From positions 1-54,734 of the forward strand of contig CANRJE010000001.1 in NCBI GenBank assembly GCA_947630865.1: 54,734 bases of DNA. The letters are read 5' to 3'. Positions 45,694 to 54,734 of this stretch are shown in pieces. Within the stretch, counting starts at the first letter, position 1; the number at the start of each line of letters is the position of its first letter. Made by a program: the position numbers and the translations under genes. The notes below the pieces were generated by a model. That model was not told the origin of the DNA, ran no database searches, and was given only the letters and a program-made list of their open reading frames with translations. The DNA comes from an uncultured Bacilli bacterium (lineage in GTDB: Bacteria > Bacillota_I > Bacilli_A > RF39 > UBA660).

Positions 45694-48069
45694 TTACGCC
45701 TCCAAGATGTATGGGTCTGTGTCAGTCCCTGTCCCGGATTTAATCTTCACATGTGACCCCAGATTAAGGACTGGGAAGGCCCCCCCACCGCCAATCCAGC
45801 CGACGTATCTGGCCTCCACATAATTCCCGAAGTTCCAACCCATCACATTGCTGCTGCCGTCAGAAGAAGGGGCGAGCATCCACAAATATTTACTCTTTAC
45901 CTCCGGCATTGTTCTATACATCCAACTTGTATATCTTAAATGTTCGTAATCTCCAGAACCTAACGATGTATTCCAATATTGTTTATCTGCTGAGAATCCA
46001 TAGTCACTTGGATACATTAATGAAATACTTCCTTTCCAAGTGGCATCATTTCCATTCCATACATTACATCCTGATACAGGGAAATTTGATGAACTACTTG
46101 TTGTTCCTTTGTTATCTATACAATTTAATACATCTCTTTCGTGTTGGTATCCACTTACTGCTGTATCTGTAGCAATTATAAAACTTCCTAAATAATGTAT
46201 TCTTTCTTCTAATAAACTTTTTGTTGATTCACTTAAAAGTCTCATATAATATCCATTTAAATAATGTTGAAGCCCTGCTGTTGCCCAATCATTATTTGAT
46301 GTTCCACTGACTTTATTGTTCCAATATACATTTTCTCCAAAAGATATTTTATAGTCTATTCCATTAACTACTATTTCGCTAGTAAGAACATCGGCAGGTA
46401 ATGCTTCATTTCGAACTAATCTTATATACTTTTCTTTTGTTTCTTCGTCCGTAAATACTCCTATTATTCTCCATAATTCTTTTTGATTATTATTTGTTAA
46501 TTGAACATAATTTCTGACATATTCTCCTGTATATCTATATTCTTTGCAATTTGAATCACATACTGTTCCTTTCTCTGGATTTATTCCATATATTCCTTCA
46601 TATGCACTTGATACTTTTTGAATTAAATCATAAGTTGCTAAATATGTAACTCTAACAGAAAAAGTTGCAGAAATTTTATTATAAGAACTATCATCTGGTA
46701 TAAAGTTTATATTAATATTTGTATTTCCAAGAGAATGGCCTGTAACTGTAACCATCGTTTGATTTCCTTTACTTGGACTAACTATTGCTGTTGCTATTTC
46801 AGAACTATCAGATGTTACAGAAAATGTTCCTGATGTATTGGTATCTACATTAAATGCAGTTTGCTGATTTGGTGATACTTCACCACTTGTCCTACTTAAA
46901 TATATTTTTGTTTCTTTATCGCCAGTATCTTCATATACTAATTCATATGGTGTATCCAAACTTCCATTTCCTTTGGTAATCAAAACCATTGATTTTAAAG
47001 AAAGGGTTGCTCTTGCTCTATTACCATTGTAATTAGCATGATTATTATATAAATATCCTGTTTTACTCCATCTTGAAACATCATTAGTTAAAGTATATGT
47101 AACTGGTGATAAAAGCCATTCATGATTACTATGATTTGCAGCTTGCAACCAACTTGAATTAGCAACTGTTCCTTCAAATGTTCCATATCCTAATATTGTA
47201 TTCCAATATTGGCTATCAACACTATAACCTATATCACTTGGATATAATAATCCAACTTTACCTGTCCACGTTGCTGCCTTATCTGCCCATACTCGACACG
47301 TTTCATTTCCTACTACAGCACTTTGAGTACTATTACTACTTGGTCCTTTATTATCTTGGCATCCACTTACTGCTCTTTCATTTTTATAGGCTTCGCTTGG
47401 GTTATCCTTAATGTAAGATGTGTCATCATAAGTTACTGAACCTAAATAATATTTCGTATCAGCTATCATTGATTGATATTCTTCATCTATAGTTTCTAAA
47501 AAGCCTTCTCCCACTGCTCCTTCAGAGTTTAACCAGGCTTTTAATCCTGCTGTTGCCCAATCATTTGTATAGGTTGAACTATAATTATTCCAGTATACTA
47601 CACTTCCATTAGTAGATAAAGTATATGATGTACCATTTGCTGTAAAAGTAGTTGGTACTCCTGTTAAAGTTTCATTTTGCACTATTTTAACTGTTGTCTT
47701 TCCCCCATCTTTAAATACTCCTACTATTCTCCATAATTGATTATTAAACTTAACATAATTGTTAACATTCAAGCCTGAATATCTATATTCTCTTATATTT
47801 CCATTGTTAGTAGTTGTCATTTGATTATCTCTTGTAACTCCTACTACTCCTCCTTCTTGTCCAAGTGTATTTTGTACAACTTTAGCTAAAGAATTTTCTG
47901 GTAAGTCTTCAGGCATTTCTGATGCTGTATGTATCTCAACTACATTATCAAGCTTAACTGATGTTTGAAATAAAGAATATGATACATTTACTCCTATTGT
48001 TAAAACACTTATCAGTACTAATATTACTAAAATTTTCTTATTTACTGCTATTTCCTTTTTTAAATCCAT
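45694..48069 (-). CDS. large secreted/surface protein with an internally duplicated ~300-aa domain and a central Ig-like (Big_2-type) domain
   Basis: - 791 aa.
- The N-terminal anchor/signal ends in VSYSLFQT.
- The two repeats share motifs: EYRY(S/T)G..V.NYV, LWRI(V/I)GVF, YWNN, NDWATAGL, YYLGS/HYLGS, C.DNKG, ATW.G...L.YPSD.G(Y/F)S.D.QYWNT, W(L/M)L(S/A)P and D.PY.L.
- The middle segment SGTFSVTSDSSEIATAIV...VTVTGHSLGNTNI is Big_2-like. Confidence 0.8.
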   Translation of the reverse strand: MDLKKEIAVNKKILVILVLISVLTIGVNVSYSLFQTSVKLDNVVEIHTASEMPEDLPENSLAKVVQNTLGQEGGVVGVTRDNQMTTTNNGNIREYRYSGLNVNNYVKFNNQLWRIVGVFKDGGKTTVKIVQNETLTGVPTTFTANGTSYTLSTNGSVVYWNNYSSTYTNDWATAGLKAWLNSEGAVGEGFLETIDEEYQSMIADTKYYLGSVTYDDTSYIKDNPSEAYKNERAVSGCQDNKGPSSNSTQSAVVGNETCRVWADKAATWTGKVGLLYPSDIGYSVDSQYWNTILGYGTFEGTVANSSWLQAANHSNHEWLLSPVTYTLTNDVSRWSKTGYLYNNHANYNGNRARATLSLKSMVLITKGNGSLDTPYELVYEDTGDKETKIYLSRTSGEVSPNQQTAFNVDTNTSGTFSVTSDSSEIATAIVSPSKGNQTMVTVTGHSLGNTNININFIPDDSSYNKISATFSVRVTYLATYDLIQKVSSAYEGIYGINPEKGTVCDSNCKEYRYTGEYVRNYVQLTNNNQKELWRIIGVFTDEETKEKYIRLVRNEALPADVLTSEIVVNGIDYKISFGENVYWNNKVSGTSNNDWATAGLQHYLNGYYMRLLSESTKSLLEERIHYLGSFIIATDTAVSGYQHERDVLNCIDNKGTTSSSSNFPVSGCNVWNGNDATWKGSISLMYPSDYGFSADKQYWNTSLGSGDYEHLRYTSWMYRTMPEVKSKYLWMLAPSSDGSSNVMGWNFGNYVEARYVGWIGGGGAFPVLNLGSHVKIKSGTGTDTDPYILEA

Positions 48070-48086
48070 ATTTTCACCTCCACATC

Positions 48087-48132
48087 AAAAAACACTTAAA
48101 AGACTTGGTCTAAGGACCAATCTCTTAAGTGT
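48087..48132 (-). terminator. intrinsic terminator inside the 5-prime leader of the 791-aa gene
   Basis: Minus strand reads ACACTTAAGAGATTGGTC-ctta-GACCAAGTCTTTTAAGTGT (about 17 bp) followed by T6. It ends 5 nt before the SD GGAGGTG. Confidence 0.6.
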
Positions 48133-48159
48133 TATAGTTTTATTATTTATATTTTTTAC

Positions 48160-48181
48160 CTTAGAAAATTTATTTTCTAAG
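48160..48181 (-). promoter_or_regulatory. perfect 9-bp hairpin starting at the uORF stop codon
   Basis: Minus strand reads CTTAGAAAA-taaa-TTTTCTAAG. The TAG within the first arm is the uORF stop. Confidence 0.5.
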
Positions 48182-48230
48182 CCCCCCCCATGGTTGACAA
48201 ATTGTTAACTTTTTTTAATAATTGACTCAT
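48177..48230 (-). CDS. candidate 17-codon leader ORF (uORF)
   Basis: GGAAGGAAG lies 7 nt upstream of the ATG. The peptide is MSQLLKKVNNLSTMGGA. Whether it is translated is unproven. Confidence 0.3.
   Translation of the reverse strand: MSQLLKKVNNLSTMGGA
48182..48189 (-). repeat. poly(G)8 homopolymer tract (C8 on the plus strand) inside the leader ORF
   Basis: Read directly from the sequence: g-cccccccc-a at 48181-48190. Confidence 0.95.
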
Positions 48231-48254
48231 CTTAAAACTTCCTTCCTATTATTA

Positions 48255-48282
48255 ATAGTATCATAATTTGGAATTTTTGCAA
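48255..48282 (-). promoter_or_regulatory. candidate promoter for the surface-protein leader
   Basis: Minus strand has TTGCAA, a 16-nt spacer, then TGaTACTAT (extended -10). Confidence 0.35.
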
Positions 48283-48322
48283 GTATTTTTCAAAAAAATT
48301 AAAGAAAAAGGCTTTATTTTAT

Positions 48323-48351
48323 TTGACTTTTAGAATTTATTATGTTAAAGT
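48323..48351 (+). promoter_or_regulatory. candidate promoter of rpmB
   Basis: TTGACT, a 17-nt spacer, then TGtTAAAGT. Confidence 0.4.
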
Positions 48352-48396
48352 TATAAAGCGAGATGTTTATGAATATAATGAAAAAGGAGTGAGAAT

Positions 48397-48594
48397 ATGG
48401 CAATTAAAGCAACTAGCAAAAAACCTATGTTTGGTAACAGAAGAAGTCATGCCTTAAATGCAACAAGACATATGCAAAAGTTAAATTTGCAAAATGTTAC
48501 CTTACCAGATGGTACTAAAGTTAAAGTATCAACTAGAGAAGCTAAAAAATACAGAAAAGATATTAAATCAAAAGAAGATAAAGTTACTGAATAA
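48397..48594 (+). CDS. rpmB: 50S ribosomal protein L28
   Basis: GNRRSHALNATRHMQKLNLQ matches the L28 core GNN.SHA.N.T.R....NLQ. SD is AAAGGAG. Confidence 0.85.
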   Translation: MAIKATSKKPMFGNRRSHALNATRHMQKLNLQNVTLPDGTKVKVSTREAKKYRKDIKSKEDKVTE

Positions 48595-48636
48595 TCTTCT
48601 TTTTTTTGTTTTTCTTCATATATTTAATTGAGGTCT

Positions 48637-49398
48637 ATGAAAAAAATATTCAATATAGTTCTAACAATTTTATTATTAACTTTTAGTTTTTACTATACTA
48701 GTCTTGTTTCTAACTATATTAAAGAAAAAGATCCAATTATGTTAAAAATTAAAGCAACTAGTTCAAAATATTCTAAAAAACCTAAAAATGCTATAATTAA
48801 GAATAATACAATTATTCCTGGAATAAATGGAATTGAAGTCAATATAGAGGAATCCTACTCCAAAATGAAAAAGGTTAATACTTATAATGAAAGTTTACTT
48901 GTTTTTAATGAAATAAAACCTAAACTATCAATTGATAATAATTTAGATAAAATAATTATAAGCGGTAATCCAAGTGAAAAAAATATTAGTATTATTTTAA
49001 AAACCAATAATCAAGATATATTAAATACATTTTTAGAATTAGATAATGAAAATATAAATTTTATTCTTACTAAAAATTTATATGATAGTAACTATGATAA
49101 TTTAAAAAACTTAAAAAATAATTTGATAAGTGATAGTAATTCATTAAATTCTCTAACTGATTATTGCTATACAACTAATATTAAAGGAAATAATACTTGT
49201 AAAGATAAGTTAATGATTGCCCCTACTTTTATAACTCATGATTATTATTTAAATACTATTAAAAATTTAGAAAATGGTTCTCTTTTAGCCTATAATGTTA
49301 TTACTTTGGAAAATGTTAAAGAAATAAATTTTATTTTAAATAACCTAAAAAACTTAGGATATAAAATTGTTAGTCTCGATGATTTAATAAAAGAATAA
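48637..49398 (+). CDS. hypothetical membrane-anchored protein (weak resemblance to polysaccharide-deacetylase-type sporulation proteins, catalytic motifs not seen)
   Basis: N-terminal TM helix. Contains IPGINGIEVNIEESY and the C-terminus GYKIVSLDDLI. No DD or HxxxH metal motifs are recognisable. Confidence 0.4.
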   Translation: MKKIFNIVLTILLLTFSFYYTSLVSNYIKEKDPIMLKIKATSSKYSKKPKNAIIKNNTIIPGINGIEVNIEESYSKMKKVNTYNESLLVFNEIKPKLSIDNNLDKIIISGNPSEKNISIILKTNNQDILNTFLELDNENINFILTKNLYDSNYDNLKNLKNNLISDSNSLNSLTDYCYTTNIKGNNTCKDKLMIAPTFITHDYYLNTIKNLENGSLLAYNVITLENVKEINFILNNLKNLGYKIVSLDDLIKE

Positions 49399-49434
49399 AA
49401 ATAGAAAAGATATAAATGAGATTATTATATGTAA

Positions 49435-51798
<2,364 letters not shown>

Positions 51799-51815
<17 letters not shown>

Positions 51816-52707
51816 AAGGGTACTCTCCTTTCTCAATCAATTTATTTATTTCACGAACAACTAAATCTTTATCTTCTTTGTAAGTAACTCCTAACCATTT
51901 ATCTGTTGATTCTAAAACACGAACCTTACGATTTTCTTCACTTATTTCTTTAAAAACAACATCTGGTATTAAATACTCACATTTTGTTAAATCATCTTTA
52001 TTATTTTCAAAAAATTTAACAATTCCTTTTTCTAAAGCTTCATACATAACTTGCGTAAATCCAAAGAAATTCATAGATACTAAAGAATTAGGTTCTACTT
52101 TAAAAGATGCTCTTCCATCAAGAGGACTAGCAATTATTTCATCTCCAACTTTTTCAATATTTGATTCAATAATATTTGTTAAATAACCGTTGCTATCTTC
52201 ACATACTCCACGTTTAACACTACCATTTTCTGTCATTGTATTTATAACTCGAAAAGCAACCATTGCATAACAATTAGGATCCGTTTCATTATCAAAAAAT
52301 TCTTTTATTTTCATATAAGCATCTCGTCCATAAAAATCATCAGAGTTAATCATAACAAAATTACCCTTTACTTTAGAACGTGACGATAAAACAGCATGAC
52401 CTGTTCCCCAAGGTTTTTCTCTATCTTTTGGTATAATTACACCACTTGGCACTTCCTTAATATCTTGAAATACATATTCAACTGGTATTTTACCTTCAAT
52501 TCTTTTACCTACTGTTTCACGAAATAAATCATAATTTTCTTCTTTAATAATGAACACTACTTTACTAAAACCAGCCGAAATAGCATCATAGATTGAATAA
52601 TCAAGTAAAAATTCTCCATTTGGACCAATTGGTTCAACTTGCTTTAACCCTCCAAATCTACTTCCCATACCAGCTGCCATAATAACTAATGTTAGTTCTT
52701 TATTCAT
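51799..52707 (-). CDS. sugar-phosphate nucleotidyltransferase family protein
   Basis: N-terminus VIMAAGMGSRFGG is the NTP_transferase G-rich loop. Confidence 0.7.
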
Positions 52708-52709
52708 TT

Positions 52710-54734
52710 TTACACCTTCCTTAAACTCTTATGACTATATATTAAAGTTTTAACCCCATAAGGTAATTTAAAAGCAATTTTCAAAAGTGTTTTTTGAGGA
52801 TCTTTTTTATTTATAATTACTTCAATAACTTTACCATTACCAAAATTCTCATGATAAACAAAATCCCCTACTTGGTAATCCATTTCCTTTTTCTCATATT
52901 TTTCTTCTAAATTTACTTTATCCTCTTCTCTATTACTATTATAATCTATTTCTTTATTTTTTTCGAGACTTTTTTCATTAAAATCAAAAATTAATTCCGA
53001 ATCTATTTCTGATAAAAACCTTGAAACAGGATTTACCCTTTCTTCTCCAAACATAATTCTACTTCTAGCATTAGTAATAAATAACTTCTTCATACATCTA
53101 GTAATAGCAACATAACAAAGTCTTCTTTCCTCTTCTAACTCTTCATTTGAAAACATCGAATTACTATGAGGAAATAAATTCTCTTCCATACCAACAATAA
53201 ATACATATGGAAATTCTAGTCCTTTAACAGCATGAACTGTCATTAAACTAACAGCATTATTTTCTTCTTTAACCTCAGTATTATCACTTATCAAACTAAC
53301 ATTTAAAAGAAAATCTTCTAGCGTTATAACTCCTGCTTCATCTTCAAAAGCTTTAGCAACTGATTTAAATTCTTCTAAGTTTTCTAATCTAACATCAGCA
53401 TCAAGAGTATGTTCTTCCATATATTCTTTTCTAATACCTGATTTTTCTAAAACTAAATCAATAAATTCTACTAAAGGAATAGTATCCTTTTTACTTCTTA
53501 ATTCTTCAATAATATTCTTAAATAATAATTCTTTACCACTAGTAATACTATCATACATACTAATATTATTAGAAAAAGAAATACTAGCTATATTACTAAT
53601 TGTTTTTAAACCAATTCCTCTTTTAGGGACATTAATAATTCTTTCTAAACTAACATTATCTGAACTATTATGAATAAGTCTTAAATAAGCAAGTAAATCC
53701 TTAATTTCTTTTCGATTATAAAAGTTAACTCCACCTATTATTTTATAAGGAATATTTGATTTTAATAAACCATCTTCAAACATTCTCGATTGAGCATTAG
53801 TTCTATATAATATAACTATATCATTTAAATTTGCTCCTTCTTTTAATAAATTTCTTATATTTTCAACAACAAAATTAACTTCATCAAACCCATTATTTCC
53901 TCTAAAATAAACAATTTTATCTCCAATACCTAAATTAGAATATAAATTCTTTTCTTTACGATTCTTATTATTCTTAATAACACTATTAGCAGCATCAAAT
54001 ATTGTTTTAGTACTTCTATAGTTTTCTTCCAAATTAATTATTTTAGTATTCTTATAATCTTTTTCAAAATTTAAAATATTCTTATAATTAGCTCCTCTAA
54101 ACCCGTAAATTGCTTGGTCAATATCCCCAACAGCACATATATTTTTATATTTACTAGCTAATAACTTAGTTAACTTATATTGAGCCTCATTTGTATCTTG
54201 ATATTCATCTATTAATATGTATTGAAACTTATCTTGATAATAAAGAAGTATATCTTTTTTCTCATTAAATAACTTAATTGGTAATACTAACAAATCATCA
54301 AAATCCAAAGAATTATTCTTATATAAATCTTCTTCATATTTTAAATATACATCATATATAACTTCATCAAAATCCCCATTAACTTCTAATTTAAACATCT
54401 TAGGAGATTTAAGTTCATTCTTTAAACTACTAATCTTATTTCTAATTGCCTTAGGACTATATTTAGTAATATCTAAATTCTTATCTTTCAATATCTTTTT
54501 TACAATAGTTAAACTATCATCAGCATCAAAAATAACAAAGTTTTTATCATAACCTAAATAAGAATAATTCTCTCTAATTATTCTAAGTCCAAATGAATGA
54601 AATGTAGATATTTGCATATCACGAGCACTAAAACCAAGTAATCTATAAATTCTTTTTATAGTTAATAAAATAATAAATATTACTAAAACACCTATTATTA
54701 TTAATAAAGCTTTTTTAGCTAAATCTATAGTTTT
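52710..54734 (-). CDS. pcrA: ATP-dependent DNA helicase PcrA/UvrD family (5-prime end not resolved; frame stays open to the window edge)
   Basis: Contains STFHSFG, LIDEYQDTN, GDIDQAIYGFRGA, ENYRST, ILYRTNAQSR, MTVHAVKGLEF and YVAITR motifs. pcrA-ligA synteny is present. Motifs I and Ia are not visible in the 39 in-frame codons upstream. Confidence 0.85.
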   Translation of the reverse strand, partial: KTIDLAKKALLIIIGVLVIFIILLTIKRIYRLLGFSARDMQISTFHSFGLRIIRENYSYLGYDKNFVIFDADDSLTIVKKILKDKNLDITKYSPKAIRNKISSLKNELKSPKMFKLEVNGDFDEVIYDVYLKYEEDLYKNNSLDFDDLLVLPIKLFNEKKDILLYYQDKFQYILIDEYQDTNEAQYKLTKLLASKYKNICAVGDIDQAIYGFRGANYKNILNFEKDYKNTKIINLEENYRSTKTIFDAANSVIKNNKNRKEKNLYSNLGIGDKIVYFRGNNGFDEVNFVVENIRNLLKEGANLNDIVILYRTNAQSRMFEDGLLKSNIPYKIIGGVNFYNRKEIKDLLAYLRLIHNSSDNVSLERIINVPKRGIGLKTISNIASISFSNNISMYDSITSGKELLFKNIIEELRSKKDTIPLVEFIDLVLEKSGIRKEYMEEHTLDADVRLENLEEFKSVAKAFEDEAGVITLEDFLLNVSLISDNTEVKEENNAVSLMTVHAVKGLEFPYVFIVGMEENLFPHSNSMFSNEELEEERRLCYVAITRCMKKLFITNARSRIMFGEERVNPVSRFLSEIDSELIFDFNEKSLEKNKEIDYNSNREEDKVNLEEKYEKKEMDYQVGDFVYHENFGNGKVIEVIINKKDPQKTLLKIAFKLPYGVKTLIYSHKSLRKV

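Noticed and set aside
45571-45823. Plus-strand ORFs 45571-45756 and 45575-45823 across the GC-rich island.
   Set aside because: They run antisense to the conserved C-terminal subdomain of the 791-aa protein. They have no SD, and they stay open simply because GC-rich sequence has few stop codons.
46990-47150. The end of the first internal repeat as the DGR template repeat for the GC-rich end of the second repeat.
   Set aside because: The two are similar only at the protein level. Their nucleotide sequences are too different to be a TR/VR pair, which should match except at adenines.
48194-48222. Plus-strand TTGACA-17-AATAAT inside the uORF region as the rpmB promoter.
   Set aside because: It lies about 200 nt from rpmB, has a poor -10, and a closer candidate exists at 48323-48351. 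It cannot be excluded as an antisense promoter, but nothing supports it.

Overview
AT-rich Bacillota-type chromosomal segment, about a quarter G+C by eye. It holds roughly 55 genes, almost all on the minus strand. The backbone is ordinary housekeeping:
- pflB-pflA, rpsU, and a type-2 aspS behind a T-box leader with a GAC specifier
- greA and the Bacillus-like block ruvX(yrrK)-DUF1292(yrzB)-mltG(yrrL)-O-methyltransferase(yrrM)-two U32 peptidase-family genes(yrrN/O)
- an amidase, lspA-rluD, a ferredoxin, deoB, recO-era-rnhB-yqeY and priA
- def, sigG, comEB-mtaB-rsmE, rpmB, and ligA-pcrA

Four accessory patches interrupt this backbone:
1. 3.6-6.6 kb: a class II bacteriocin operon. It has a C39-peptidase ABC exporter, a mini accessory protein, two double-glycine-leader peptides absent from the ORF track, and a small hydrophobic immunity candidate. 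It is divergent from a LexA-like repressor that lacks the catalytic Ser and the Ala-Gly cleavage site.
2. 25.4-26.7 kb: a lone AAA_14/DUF4143-type ATPase behind a consensus promoter embedded in GAACAA/TTGTTC repeats.
3. 28.8-41 kb: a Wzx/Wzy-type cell-wall glycopolymer locus with LicD, four glycosyltransferases and a Cps14F/G-like pair. Its LCP ligase is split by one in-frame TAA.
4. 45.5-48.3 kb: a 791-aa internally duplicated surface protein, the most unusual locus.
   - Its leader carries a short uORF ending in a G8 tract, followed by a hairpin and an intrinsic terminator abutting the SD.
   - Its last ~200 nt plus a 3-prime hairpin form a sharp ~55% G+C island containing a G7 tract.
   - I read this as a candidate phase-variable and/or hypervariable surface-protein system. 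No reverse transcriptase, template repeat or recombinase is present in the window.

No rRNA, tRNA, CRISPR array, transposase or integrase was recognised.
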